This document shows positions 16,370 to 26,538 of a DNA stretch of 60,426 nucleotides, one piece after another. Below the pieces are notes generated by a model. The model searched no databases. It was not told where the DNA came from and was given only the letters and a program-made list of their open reading frames with translations. Origin of the DNA: Patescibacteria group bacterium (GTDB lineage Bacteria; Patescibacteriota; Patescibacteriia; Patescibacteriales; UBA12465); assembly GCA_028696995.1 (NCBI GenBank), contig JAQVFY010000004.1:1-60426 (forward strand), written 5' to 3'. A program made the translations under genes and the position numbers. Every line of letters starts with the position of its first letter. Position 1 is the first letter of the stretch.

Positions 16370-18337
16370 CTAGGGTTTAAAATAAAAAACCATGATTCTA
16401 CCATCAGCTACACTATAAACCATATTAGCTTCGACTCTAGCTTCTTCTATTATTCTATCAAAAGCCCACCAATAATCATTAACTACAAAATAAACACCCT
16501 CAGCTCCAATTTCCGACATTAAATCTAACATCAACTCCCTATCAGGCGCTTCAATCATCTTCAAATAATAATCATACAACAACCCTCCAGTTTGAACCGA
16601 ATAATAAAGCCAGGGTCCGTAATATCTTTTAAAGCCATACTCCTTGATGGCACTAGCTCCGACCTGTTGATTAGCCAAAACAATATAATTATCATTCTCC
16701 TTAACACTATCAATAAAACCAACCGCCATGAAATCAGCTGATGAAACCGAATAAGAACGAGAATTAAAATAATTATCTTTGCGAGGATAATTTAGATATA
16801 GTGAAGTTAAAAGGAGAAGTGATAAAAATATTATAACAATAATTTTAAAAGGTTTTTTTTCTTGACTTATTTTTTTCATCAAACAAATAAACATCTCATA
16901 AAAAATCGGAATTAAAAACAAAAATGATAAAATAAAAATCCTATTAGCATAACTATTTTTATCAATTTGGCTTAGAAACGGAAAATCAATAAAGATACTA
17001 ATAAAATATGACAACATTAAAGCAGTGGAATTAAAATAAAAAATCTTTAAATCTCGACGCTTGAATTTAAAAACAAAAACCGTAGCAAGGATAAATAATA
17101 TTAACAAGCAAATATTTTTATTTAAGCCAAATAAATAGATAAAATTAAGGAAAATATTTTCCTGACCCAATAATCGTGGAATCCAATTAGAAAAATCCAT
17201 ACTAAAAGATGCAAAACGCCCCCCCGATAATATTAAAAGTGTTGGTAAAATAATAATTTGGCCTAAATAGGCTATGATTTTTAAATAATAAGAACTGGAT
17301 TCCCGCTTTCGCGGGAATGACAAGGGGTGCGAGAATGACAAGGGGTTATGAAATGAAGTGAATAGTATAAAGGTAAAAATAATGGCTGGGACTCCCGCTA
17401 AAGGATGAATAAAAAATATTGCTAAAGACAAAGAAAATAAAAAGAAAAAATTAAAACGATTTTTTACAAAGTACTTATTAAAAGAAAACAGCAATAAAAT
17501 AATTAAGAATAAAAAAGATAAATTTTGTGGAACAGTATAAGTAAAAATAGAGAAAGGTAAAACCAGAAAAATAACTAATGGCCAAATTGTCTTATCAAAT
17601 CCCCTTCTCTTAAAATTATGAATAAAAGTTACTGGAATTAAAATCACTGATAAAATAGGTACCAACATTTTATCTAAAATCTCTGGAGAAAATGGCCAAA
17701 TTTTTAAAACAAATAACTCTAAAGTATATTGTCCAATATAATAAATAGTTTTGGGTTCAATTAAACCAAATTTTAAAATATCGGAGATAGCTCTTTGATG
17801 AAGTAATTGATCATAACCAAAAGCTATCTTGTAAACAAAAAATGAAATCGAAAAAAATAAGAAATAAAATAAAAGAAGAAATAAATAAGACCACCTGTTT
17901 TTAAAATAAAAATTTACAAACAATGTTAATAATAAAAACCATAAAAATATCCAAAAATATGTGGGTAAAAAATGCCAAGGAGAGGCAATGGCTGAAAAAC
18001 TACCAAATTTAAATAATATTTGAAATAGAATAAAAAATAAGCTTAAAGTTATTAAGGGTAAAATAATTTTTAAGATAATTCCACCACCCCTAACCTCATC
18101 GCCAGACTGTCGCCCTTGAGAAATCGGCAAAGCTTGTTGATTAGACCTATAAATGCTAAAATAAACAAAGATATAAGTTAAAAACAAAGCCAAAAAAAAG
18201 ATAATTACTAGCACTAAATCATTAAACTTGTAAAAATAATAAAAAACCGAACCAATATTTATAATCAGCGATAAAAATAACAGAAAAATAGTCAAAAAAT
18301 TTGTCTTTAAATATTTCGAAAAATTGTTTAAACTCAT
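16370..18337 (-). CDS. large polytopic membrane protein with a C-terminal soluble domain, possibly a GT-C-type glycosyltransferase or polymerase
   Basis: The 655-aa product has more than 12 hydrophobic helices followed by a soluble tail of about 150 aa. It is adjacent to glycosyltransferase genes. The functional call is by context only. Confidence 0.5.
   Translation of the reverse strand: MSLNNFSKYLKTNFLTIFLLFLSLIINIGSVFYYFYKFNDLVLVIIFFLALFLTYIFVYFSIYRSNQQALPISQGRQSGDEVRGGGIILKIILPLITLSLFFILFQILFKFGSFSAIASPWHFLPTYFWIFLWFLLLTLFVNFYFKNRWSYLFLLLFYFLFFSISFFVYKIAFGYDQLLHQRAISDILKFGLIEPKTIYYIGQYTLELFVLKIWPFSPEILDKMLVPILSVILIPVTFIHNFKRRGFDKTIWPLVIFLVLPFSIFTYTVPQNLSFLFLIILLLFSFNKYFVKNRFNFFFLFSLSLAIFFIHPLAGVPAIIFTFILFTSFHNPLSFSHPLSFPRKRESSSYYLKIIAYLGQIIILPTLLILSGGRFASFSMDFSNWIPRLLGQENIFLNFIYLFGLNKNICLLILFILATVFVFKFKRRDLKIFYFNSTALMLSYFISIFIDFPFLSQIDKNSYANRIFILSFLFLIPIFYEMFICLMKKISQEKKPFKIIVIIFLSLLLLTSLYLNYPRKDNYFNSRSYSVSSADFMAVGFIDSVKENDNYIVLANQQVGASAIKEYGFKRYYGPWLYYSVQTGGLLYDYYLKMIEAPDRELMLDLMSEIGAEGVYFVVNDYWWAFDRIIEEARVEANMVYSVADGRIMVFYFKP
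17297..17345. repeat. GC-rich palindromic element inserted in frame in the CDS
   Basis: An 8-bp hairpin ATTCCCGC-TTTC-GCGGGAAT lies at 17299-17318. It is followed by two copies of GAATGACAAGGGG (17315-17327 and 17333-17345, period 18). The element is translated as HNPLSFSHPLSFPRKRESS. Confidence 0.7.
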
Positions 18338-18366
18338 ACCTATAATATAGCAAAAAAAAGAAATAT

Positions 18367-19464
18367 ATGAAAATTGCCCAAGTAGTCTGTGTCTACCCCC
18401 CTTATGCCGGAGGGATTGGCATAGCTAGCCAAAAATTGCAAAAAACATTATTACCAAAACATGAGTCTTTTGTTTTTACTAGCCAACATAAAGACGGATA
18501 TTCTAATAATGATCAAAAAGAAAATATAATTAGATTAAAACCATTATTAAAACTAGGACATGGAGCGGTTTTATTTTCTCTACTTAAAAAATTAAAAAGT
18601 TTTGATGTTATTTATTTCCACTACCCTTTCTTTGGAACTGCTATAATAATATGGCTATTTAAAATCTTAAACCCAAAAAAAAGATTAATTATTCATTATC
18701 ACATGGACGTTCATCATAAAAATATCTTTTTTAAAATCCTAAGCTGGCCCGAGGAAATTATTAAAAAATCTCTATTTAAAAAAAGCGAAAACATTGTGAG
18801 CGCCTCATTTGATTATATTAAAAATAGTAATATAAAAAATATATACAATAAATATCCAAACAAATTCAGAGAAATACCCTTTTCGGTTGATACTAACACA
18901 TTTAAACCCGGTAAAAAGTCATCAGAGAATACCATCCTATTTGTCGGCGGACTAGATAAGGCTCACTATTTTAAAGGAGTTGATATTTTAATAAAAGCTG
19001 TCAGCGAAATCAAAGACCTAAGCTGGAAATTAAAAATAGTCGGTGATGGCGAACTTAAAAATAATTTAAAAGATTTAACCAAAAATTTAAAAATAGAAGA
19101 TCGAATTATTTTTAGTGGTAAATTAGAAAAAGAAGATTTTATAAAAAGCTTTCAAGAAGCAAAAATGCTAGTCCTGCCGTCAATTAACAGCAATGAAGCT
19201 TTCGGAATTGTTTTAATAGAAGCGATGGCCTGTGGGACTCCGGTTATTGCCTCTAATTTGCCAGGAGTCAGAACTGTTTTTGAAAATGAAAAATCGGGCT
19301 TAATGGTAAAACCAAAAGATATTGAAGACTTAAAAAACAAAATTAAAACAATTTTACAAAATCCAGAAAAACTAGAAAATATGAGTAGCGAAGCTCACAA
19401 ACTAGTACTAGAAAAATATTCGGAAGAAATAATCAATGATAAAGTTTTAGAATTATTCAAATAA
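18367..19464 (+). CDS. family 4 (GT-B) glycosyltransferase
   Basis: The 365-aa product carries the C-terminal EAFGIVLIEAMACGTPVIASN, an E-X7-E-type motif. Confidence 0.85.
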   Translation: MKIAQVVCVYPPYAGGIGIASQKLQKTLLPKHESFVFTSQHKDGYSNNDQKENIIRLKPLLKLGHGAVLFSLLKKLKSFDVIYFHYPFFGTAIIIWLFKILNPKKRLIIHYHMDVHHKNIFFKILSWPEEIIKKSLFKKSENIVSASFDYIKNSNIKNIYNKYPNKFREIPFSVDTNTFKPGKKSSENTILFVGGLDKAHYFKGVDILIKAVSEIKDLSWKLKIVGDGELKNNLKDLTKNLKIEDRIIFSGKLEKEDFIKSFQEAKMLVLPSINSNEAFGIVLIEAMACGTPVIASNLPGVRTVFENEKSGLMVKPKDIEDLKNKIKTILQNPEKLENMSSEAHKLVLEKYSEEIINDKVLELFK

Positions 19465-19466
19465 TA

Positions 19467-19519
19467 GATTCCCCACGTATAGCTCCGCTACGTGGCTCGC
19501 GCCTTCGCGGGAGTGACAA
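19467..19519. repeat. second, intergenic copy of the GC-rich palindromic element
   Basis: The sequence reads GATTCCCC...GCGCCTTCGCGGGAGTGACAA. It shares both ends (GATTCCC and TTCGCGGGA.TGACAA) with the copy at 17297-17345. It contains an extra hairpin CCACGTA-N9-TACGTGG at 19473-19495. Confidence 0.6.
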
Positions 19520-19534
19520 AATAAAATAAAAATC

Positions 19535-20635
19535 ATGAAAATAGGCATTATTAACAATTTATACAAGCCATATCATAAAGGTGGAACTGAAAAAGTTTGT
19601 GAAAATATTATAAACCAATTAGAAAAAAATGGTCATTCTTGTTTTATTATCACTACCAAACCACAAGAGTTAAGTGAAATGAACCAAAACCCTAAAACAT
19701 ATTATCTCAATTCTAATTACTATAATCTCGGACAAAAAAATATTCTCTACCGATTTTTTTGGCAAATAAATAATTTTATCAATCTTTATCAAAAAAAAGA
19801 AATAAAAAAAATATTGATAAATGAAAAACCTGATTTAATTTTGACTCATAATTTAATGGGAATTAATTGGAAAACTTTTAAAATTATAAAAAGGTTAAAG
19901 ATAAAACATCACCATTTTTTGCATGATATTCAATTAATTCATCCTTCGGGACTGATGATTTATGGAAAAGAAAAAAAAATTAATTCACTAATATCTAAAA
20001 TTTATCAAAAAATAATTAAAAAAATAATTGACTCCCCGGATTTAATTATTTCTCCTTCTGATTGGTTACTACAAGAACATAAAAAAAGAAATTATTTTAA
20101 AAACAGCAAAATTAAAGTTCAAGCCAACCCCCAACCATTTACTGATATAAAAAAAATAGATCAAACCACATTAGAGAATTATAAAAAAAATAAAAACACT
20201 ATTGATTTTTTATTTATCGGACAAATAGAGGAACATAAGGGTATTATTTTTTTAATTGAAACTTTTAAGAAAATAGGAGATAAAAACATTAAATTAAAAA
20301 TTATTGGAAATGGTAGCTTAATAGATAAAATAAGAAAATATTCTGAAGTAGATAATAGAATTGAAATATTAGAACAAAGAAATAAAGAAGAAATCGCTAT
20401 AGAATTACAAAAAAATGATTGCCTGATAGTACCATCCCTCTGCTATGAAAATTCCCCCACTGTTATCTATGAAGCTAAGGCCTTTTCCCTACCAATAATC
20501 GCCTCTAATTTAGGAGGGATACCAGAATTAATAACAAACAAAGAACGATTATTTGAACCCGGTAATCAAATTAATCTGATTGATAAAATTAATAATTTTA
20601 TAGAAAATAATAAAAATAATCTACAAAACCTTTAA
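19535..20635 (+). CDS. family 4 (GT-B) glycosyltransferase
   Basis: The 366-aa product carries the C-terminal ENSPTVIYEAKAFSLPIIASNLGGIPE motif. Confidence 0.8.
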   Translation: MKIGIINNLYKPYHKGGTEKVCENIINQLEKNGHSCFIITTKPQELSEMNQNPKTYYLNSNYYNLGQKNILYRFFWQINNFINLYQKKEIKKILINEKPDLILTHNLMGINWKTFKIIKRLKIKHHHFLHDIQLIHPSGLMIYGKEKKINSLISKIYQKIIKKIIDSPDLIISPSDWLLQEHKKRNYFKNSKIKVQANPQPFTDIKKIDQTTLENYKKNKNTIDFLFIGQIEEHKGIIFLIETFKKIGDKNIKLKIIGNGSLIDKIRKYSEVDNRIEILEQRNKEEIAIELQKNDCLIVPSLCYENSPTVIYEAKAFSLPIIASNLGGIPELITNKERLFEPGNQINLIDKINNFIENNKNNLQNL

Positions 20636-20668
20636 TTTAAAGTATTTTTTGTTAATTATATAAAACTA

Positions 20669-20697
20669 TTGACAAAAATATAATAATATTATATAAT
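20669..20697 (+). promoter_or_regulatory. consensus sigma70 promoter TTGACA-17-TATAAT
   Basis: TTGACA is at 20669-20674, the spacer is 17 nt and TATAAT is at 20692-20697. The ATG lies 17 nt downstream. The -35 context AAAACTATTGACA is identical to that at 42762-42774. Confidence 0.75.
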
Positions 20698-20714
20698 AAA
20701 TACCTAATAAAAAT

Positions 20715-21593
20715 ATGAACGACACAAAAATCAAAAATATAAAAAATAATACAACCCCAGAACGAGTTGCCTCTTCTTTATCAGAAAATGAAAAAGAAGG
20801 AAAATTAATAGAAAAAGGTTGTTTAGGCAGTATTAATAAAAAAAATTACCAAGAAAATGTCGAAAGGGATTTATATAGTTTTTATATTAAAAAAATAAGT
20901 CAGGATTTAGATGATTATTTTAATGACTACATGGACCAGAACCCGAATAAAGACCCCTATTCTTTTTTATTAGAAATACAAAAAGAAAACCCAGCTCGAT
21001 TAGAAGAATTAAAAAGAATACAACAAAGAGTTAAGAAAATAATGAATGAAAGAGTTCGAAGCGAGCGTCTTAGATTTTTAGGACAAATTGAAATCGAAGA
21101 TCAATTTGAAATTGTAGAAGAGTCTCAAGGAGAAGATTTTGAGCCTAGTGAACCAAAAACAAAATTTGCCTACGATCTACACGCCACTATCGCCGAAAAA
21201 CTAAATCTAGATAATTTTGAAGATTTGGAATATTACACCGCCGTAGGAACACATCTGGATAATTGTGGAGTCGATGCTTTTTTTAAATTTAAATATCAAG
21301 ATGAAAAAGGTAAAGAAAAATTTATTAGAGTTTGTTTCGATATCACAATAAATACTCCCGAAGAAAAAAGAAGACAAGAAACAGAAAAAAGAAGAGCCGG
21401 AGAAACTATTTTAACTGATTTAGTTTTATTTCTAAGTAATGACGAAATCGAAACAATTAAAGAACTTTATAGCAACAGAAACAAAAAAGAAGAAAAAAAT
21501 GATGTTCGATTTCAAAAAATGAGAAGAGAATATAAATTCATTTTAAATGATTTTGCAAATAAAATAATTAACCAATACAAAAAAAGGAGATAA
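20715..21593 (+). CDS. hypothetical, highly charged protein (292 aa)
   Basis: The ORF is long and lies behind a consensus promoter. The product is K/E/R-rich and I recognise no motif. Confidence 0.55.
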   Translation: MNDTKIKNIKNNTTPERVASSLSENEKEGKLIEKGCLGSINKKNYQENVERDLYSFYIKKISQDLDDYFNDYMDQNPNKDPYSFLLEIQKENPARLEELKRIQQRVKKIMNERVRSERLRFLGQIEIEDQFEIVEESQGEDFEPSEPKTKFAYDLHATIAEKLNLDNFEDLEYYTAVGTHLDNCGVDAFFKFKYQDEKGKEKFIRVCFDITINTPEEKRRQETEKRRAGETILTDLVLFLSNDEIETIKELYSNRNKKEEKNDVRFQKMRREYKFILNDFANKIINQYKKRR

Positions 21594-21596
21594 AAC

Positions 21597-21908
21597 ATGA
21601 AAAAAGAAGACAAAATCTTCTTATTGGGTTCAGTCAGGACCCATACCCCAAGCCTCGAGGAATTAAAAAAACCCTTGAGCGCCGGTAAAATCGCCAAAGT
21701 TTTCTGCACCAAATGCGGAAACGTAAGCGAAGTTGATAAAAACGGTGTTTTCGTCCTTTTGGTACTAGCTAAGGAGGAGGAAATGGACCGCCATCTTGAT
21801 GGCAACATTGACTGGAGTAAAAACTACATCCAGGCCAACCATTGCCACCACTGCCCCAACAGTCCCAAAAGCTATCGGGCAGAAATAAAAAACTTGCCAC
21901 CATATTAA
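21597..21908 (+). CDS. hypothetical small protein with two CxxC pairs (zinc-ribbon-like), GC-rich
   Basis: The 103-aa product carries CTKCGN and CHHCPN. It starts 3 nt after the previous stop. By eye its G+C is clearly above the flanks. A strong terminator follows. Confidence 0.55.
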   Translation: MKKEDKIFLLGSVRTHTPSLEELKKPLSAGKIAKVFCTKCGNVSEVDKNGVFVLLVLAKEEEMDRHLDGNIDWSKNYIQANHCHHCPNSPKSYRAEIKNLPPY

Positions 21909-21915
21909 AACCACA

Positions 21916-21940
21916 AGGCCCCACCAAGGGGCCTCTTTTA
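21916..21940 (+). terminator. rho-independent terminator
   Basis: The hairpin AGGCCCC-ACCAA-GGGGCCT lies at 21916-21934 and is followed by CTTTTA. It may also serve the convergent hisS gene. Confidence 0.7.
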
Positions 21941-21996
21941 AAATAAAAAATCAAATCAAAATTGAACTGTTTTTATTTCCTAAGATTATTAAAAAA

Positions 21997-23277
21997 TTAT
22001 AATTTAAAATTTTCCTCTACTCCACTAACCATATCTTTAACTTTATATTCCCCTTTCTTTAATTCCTCTTCCCCTAAAATAACAACATGACCAAAGCCAT
22101 TTTTATCAGCCTGCTCTAAAGCACGAGAAATTTTTACGACATCAAAACCGAGCTCTACTTTTTTCCCCTCAACTCGAAGTTTTTTAGCCAAAGAAATAAT
22201 CTCACTTTTTAAACTATCAGCTAATAAAGGTAAAAAATAAACATCTTTCCTTAAATTAACTTTTGGCAAAAGACCCCAAGCCTCTAAAAACAATTTAAAG
22301 GTTTCATCTCCGGGAGCAAATCCAATAGCTGGAAAATTGTTTACACCAAAAACATCAGCCAATCCATTATAGCGCCCACCACCAAACATAGCCCTATTAT
22401 TATCAGGATGCTTATCAAATAATTCAAACACTAATCCGTCATAATAATCAAAGCCACGAATGATATCCGGGCTAAACATTATATATTCTCCATAAAACAT
22501 TTCAATAAACTCATCAATAATCTTAATTAATGAGGAAAAAGCCTCACTATTCTTTAAATTTGGAATTTTGTCAACTAAATCATCTAAATTTTTAGATGAA
22601 ATAAATTTAATAACCTGATCAATCTGCTCATCTTTTAACTTTAGATCCTTTAAGGCTAAAATAAAATTATCGGCTGACATTTTATTATACTTATCCATTA
22701 AACGAAGTAACATTATTTTTTGCTCTTTCTTTATTTTTATACTATCAAACAAAAAATCTATTAAACCCCGATGATTTATTTTTAAAACAAAAGAATCTTT
22801 AGGTGGGTTAAAAGCCAAGACCAAGTCCACACTCATTTGCAAAATCTCCAAATCTGATAAAGGACTGTCACTACCAAAAATATCACAATTCAATTGCCAA
22901 AATTCACGATTACGACCTCGTTGAGGTTTTTCATTACGAAAAAAATTAGCAATAGAAAAAAGTTTTATTGGCTTAGGAGAGGTTTGATAAATTTTGGAAA
23001 CCATCCGAACAACACTAGGAGTCATTTCTGGTCTAATAGCTAACTCTCGACCACCCTGATCAACAAAAATCATTAATTCTTTATTACCAACATCCTCACC
23101 TGATTTAGCTCGATAAATATCAGCATTTTCCAAAAGCGGACTAAGATATTCAAAAAAACCATAAGACAAACAAACCTCACGCCATTTATCAAAAATATAT
23201 TTACGAATATTAAATTCCTCAGGAAACCAATCTTTAGTCCCCTTAAGCTCTTGATTGGAAATATTTTTTACAGCCAT
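21997..23277 (-). CDS. hisS: histidine--tRNA ligase
   Basis: The 426-aa product carries the class II motifs LAIRPEMTPSVVRM, FRNEKPQRGRNREFWQ and GGGRY. Confidence 0.9.
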   Translation of the reverse strand: MAVKNISNQELKGTKDWFPEEFNIRKYIFDKWREVCLSYGFFEYLSPLLENADIYRAKSGEDVGNKELMIFVDQGGRELAIRPEMTPSVVRMVSKIYQTSPKPIKLFSIANFFRNEKPQRGRNREFWQLNCDIFGSDSPLSDLEILQMSVDLVLAFNPPKDSFVLKINHRGLIDFLFDSIKIKKEQKIMLLRLMDKYNKMSADNFILALKDLKLKDEQIDQVIKFISSKNLDDLVDKIPNLKNSEAFSSLIKIIDEFIEMFYGEYIMFSPDIIRGFDYYDGLVFELFDKHPDNNRAMFGGGRYNGLADVFGVNNFPAIGFAPGDETFKLFLEAWGLLPKVNLRKDVYFLPLLADSLKSEIISLAKKLRVEGKKVELGFDVVKISRALEQADKNGFGHVVILGEEELKKGEYKVKDMVSGVEENFKL

Positions 23278-23303
23278 ATTATTAAAATTATAATTTAAAA
23301 TAA

Positions 23304-24029
23304 TTAGATAACCATTTTATCTTGTAATTTTTCCTTAGATAAAATTTGAGCCTCTAACAAACTATCAAAAGTACCGGCGTCAATCCAAGCTCCCTCAACC
23401 ATGGCGACATCTAATTCTCCTTTTTCCAAATAAATTCTATTAATGTCAGTAATTTCTAACTCACCTCGACTTGATGGTTTTAGATTTTTAGCAATATCTA
23501 CTATTTTATTATCATAAACATATAGACCAGTAACGCAATAATTTGATTTGGGCTGAGCTGGCTTCTCTTCAATAGAAATTGCTCTTTTGTTTTCATCAAA
23601 TTCGACTACTCCAAAACGATGTGGATCAGGAACTTCTTTAGCAAAAACTTTAGCCCCCGACTTAAAATTTCTAATATCATCTGAAAAATCATCTTCAAAA
23701 ATATTATCACCCAAAATCATACAAACACTATCCTCATCAATAAATCTTTCTCCAATAATAAAAGCCTGGGCCAAGCCCTCGGGTTTATCTTGAATTTCAT
23801 AAGTAAATTTAACACCAAATTCTTTACCACTACCTAATAAATTTAAGTAATGACCAGCCTGTTCAGGGGCTACAATTATTAAAATATCTTTTATCCCAGC
23901 TTTAATCAGAGTATTTAGGGGATAATAAATCATCGGACGATTATAGACCGGGAGTAATTGTTTAGATGTAACTTTAGTACAAGGTCGAAGGCGAGTAGCA
24001 CTTCCCCCAGACAAAACTATTCCTTTCAT
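23304..24029 (-). CDS. rmlA: glucose-1-phosphate thymidylyltransferase (short form)
   Basis: The 241-aa product starts [16 protein letters not shown]...[16 protein letters not shown]. It sits in an rml cluster. Confidence 0.8.
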   Translation of the reverse strand: MKGIVLSGGSATRLRPCTKVTSKQLLPVYNRPMIYYPLNTLIKAGIKDILIIVAPEQAGHYLNLLGSGKEFGVKFTYEIQDKPEGLAQAFIIGERFIDEDSVCMILGDNIFEDDFSDDIRNFKSGAKVFAKEVPDPHRFGVVEFDENKRAISIEEKPAQPKSNYCVTGLYVYDNKIVDIAKNLKPSSRGELEITDINRIYLEKGELDVAMVEGAWIDAGTFDSLLEAQILSKEKLQDKMVI

Positions 24030-24035
24030 ATTTTT

Positions 24036-24956
24036 TTATAAATTAATTTTTATATATTCTTTTAAAGCCTCTTTCCAGCTACGAAGTTCAGGTAATTTGG
24101 TATTAGCCAAAACTGAATATTTTGGTCTTTTAGCGGGACGAGGAAATTTATCACTTAAAACTGGCTTCACTCGAACTCCAATTTTTTTCAACCTAAATAA
24201 TTCACGCGCTGCATCATACCAAATAGCTGGATCATTATTTCTGACATGATAAAATCCAAAATCTTTTTTCTCTTCTAAGATTTCTCTAGTTCTTTTGGCT
24301 AAATCAGGGGTATAAGTAAAACAACTCAATTCCTCACTAACAACCGCTATTTCTTTTCTTTCGTTAGCTATTTTTAACATTAAGTCAAAAAAATTTTCTT
24401 TAGAATCCTGAGACTTCCCCTTTGGTCCAAATAATTTAGAAGTTCTAATAATATAATATTTCAATTTTTTATTAGCTAATCTCTGAAGTTCAATTTCTCC
24501 GGACATCTTTGTTAGTCCGTATTTATTTATCGGACATCTCTCATCATCCTCTCTAAAACCGCCCTTTTCTTTAAAATTCAATAGACATTCGGCTCCACAG
24601 CCCTCTTCTTGGCAAACATCTCCCCCAAAAACATAATCAGTAGAGTAATGGACCAATATTGAATCATTTTTAATAGCTGCTTTACCTAAATAACGCAAGG
24701 CCTCACCATTTATTTTATGAGCTAGTTTAAACTCATCTTCAAATTCTTCACATTTATCAACATTATTATAGGCAGCAGTATTGATGATAATATCTGGTTT
24801 AATCTTCGATATTTTTGGTATTATCAAATCAAATTCCGTCAGATTTAAATCTTTTTTAGTGTATCCGATAACTTTAAAATCGGGAAAATTGGAGAATTCA
24901 TTAACCAACTGATCACCTAAATTACCATCAGACCCCAAGAGTAAAATCTTTTTCAT
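24036..24956 (-). CDS. rmlD: dTDP-4-dehydrorhamnose reductase
   Basis: The 306-aa product has the Rossmann N-terminus ILLLGSDGNLG and the STDYVF motif. It sits in an rml cluster. Confidence 0.8.
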   Translation of the reverse strand: MKKILLLGSDGNLGDQLVNEFSNFPDFKVIGYTKKDLNLTEFDLIIPKISKIKPDIIINTAAYNNVDKCEEFEDEFKLAHKINGEALRYLGKAAIKNDSILVHYSTDYVFGGDVCQEEGCGAECLLNFKEKGGFREDDERCPINKYGLTKMSGEIELQRLANKKLKYYIIRTSKLFGPKGKSQDSKENFFDLMLKIANERKEIAVVSEELSCFTYTPDLAKRTREILEEKKDFGFYHVRNNDPAIWYDAARELFRLKKIGVRVKPVLSDKFPRPAKRPKYSVLANTKLPELRSWKEALKEYIKINL

Positions 24957-24969
24957 ATTTATGATAAAA

Positions 24970-25938
24970 TTATTTTTTTAGTTTTTGCCACCAATCAGGA
25001 TTATTTTTATACCACTCAACTGTATTTTTCAATCCTTCGATAAAAGAGATTTCCGGTCTCCAGCTTAAATCTTTTTCAGCTTTGGAAAAATCGATAGCAT
25101 AACGTAAATCATGACCTAAACGATCTCCAACATATTCAATCATCTCCTCACCTTGATTCATTAGTTTTAATATATTTTTAGTAATATCAATATTTTTTAT
25201 TTCATTATCCCCTCCTAAACAATAAGTCTCACCAATTTTTCCTTTTTTTATAATCATCTCTACTCCACGATTATGATCATCAACATGTATCCAATCACGA
25301 ATATTTTGGCCACTACCATAAACCGGAACTTTTTTTCCTTCTATTAGGTTAGTTATAAAAAGTGGGATTAGTTTTTCGGGATATTGATAGGGGCCGTAAT
25401 TATTGGAGCAATTGGAAATAGTGATGGGTAGTTTATGGGTGTGAAAATAGGCTCGGACTAGATGATCGGAAGACGCTTTAGAGGCACTATAAGGAGAACG
25501 GGGGTCATAGGGAGTTTTTTCATTAAATTTAGGATCATTTAAATCTAAAGAACCAAAAACTTCATCAGTAGAGACATGATGAAAACGGATATTCCCGTTA
25601 TTCTTAGCACAATCTAATAATATCCTAGTACCCTCAACATTGGTTTTTATAAAATCAGCACTGTTTTCTATAGATCTATCAACATGGCTTTCGGCCGCGA
25701 AATGTACAATCAGATCAATATTTTGACAAATATCATTAACCAAAGAAAAATCACAAATATCACCTTGAATGAATTTATAATTTTCTTGGCTTTCAATGTC
25801 TCTAAGGTTGTCTAAATTGCCGGCGTAAGTCAATTTGTCTAGATTAGTAATACTATCTCCAGGGTTATTTTTTAGCCAGTATCGAATGAAATTGGAGCCA
25901 ATAAAGCCGGCTCCACCGGTTATCAATATTTTTGCCAT
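24970..25938 (-). CDS. rmlB: dTDP-glucose 4,6-dehydratase
   Basis: The 322-aa product carries ILITGGAGFIGSNF, the YSASKASSD catalytic motif and HVSTDEVFG. Confidence 0.9.
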   Translation of the reverse strand: MAKILITGGAGFIGSNFIRYWLKNNPGDSITNLDKLTYAGNLDNLRDIESQENYKFIQGDICDFSLVNDICQNIDLIVHFAAESHVDRSIENSADFIKTNVEGTRILLDCAKNNGNIRFHHVSTDEVFGSLDLNDPKFNEKTPYDPRSPYSASKASSDHLVRAYFHTHKLPITISNCSNNYGPYQYPEKLIPLFITNLIEGKKVPVYGSGQNIRDWIHVDDHNRGVEMIIKKGKIGETYCLGGDNEIKNIDITKNILKLMNQGEEMIEYVGDRLGHDLRYAIDFSKAEKDLSWRPEISFIEGLKNTVEWYKNNPDWWQKLKK

Positions 25939-26003
25939 ATATAAATTTCAATAATAACAAGTATATTTATTATACTATAATAGAAGTTTGGAGTAAAGCA
26001 GAA

Positions 26004-26456
26004 TTAAGAAATAGAATAAGGAGAGTCTTTATCCTCCTCCCAACGAATTTCATCAATTTCTTCTTTCTTACCTTCACCTTTATATAATTTATCTGGGAAA
26101 TTTAAGCAATATGAGTCTCCAGGACCAAGAGCTTTATAACCATGAACTACCCCCGGTGGAACAATTACTAAAGTCGCTTCCCCTTCTCCAGCCTCTAAGC
26201 TTAAATATTCGCCCTTAGTTTCACTATCTTCTCGTCTATCCCAAAGATGTAAGGCAAATTTTCCAGGACCAACAAAAACAAAACAATCGCTTTGATATTT
26301 ATGTTCATGGGGGCCACGAACAACTCCCGGTTTAGTAACGCTAATATAGGACATTTCCGGCTTGTAATTTAGCTCATCGGAGCGATAAATCTCGCTTAAC
26401 CAACCACGATCATCGTGATATTGGTTTAATTTTTTAATAATTACGCCATTAATCAT
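26004..26456 (-). CDS. rmlC: dTDP-4-dehydrorhamnose 3,5-epimerase-like cupin (short form)
   Basis: The 150-aa product carries DDRGWLSE and VRGPHEHK motifs. It sits in an rml cluster. Confidence 0.7.
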   Translation of the reverse strand: MINGVIIKKLNQYHDDRGWLSEIYRSDELNYKPEMSYISVTKPGVVRGPHEHKYQSDCFVFVGPGKFALHLWDRREDSETKGEYLSLEAGEGEATLVIVPPGVVHGYKALGPGDSYCLNFPDKLYKGEGKKEEIDEIRWEEDKDSPYSIS

Positions 26457-26538
26457 ATTTTTTGTGTTAATTTTAATTATTTAATTCTAACATTAAAATT
26501 ATTAGAAAACAAGCTAAAAATAAATTTATTAATAACTA

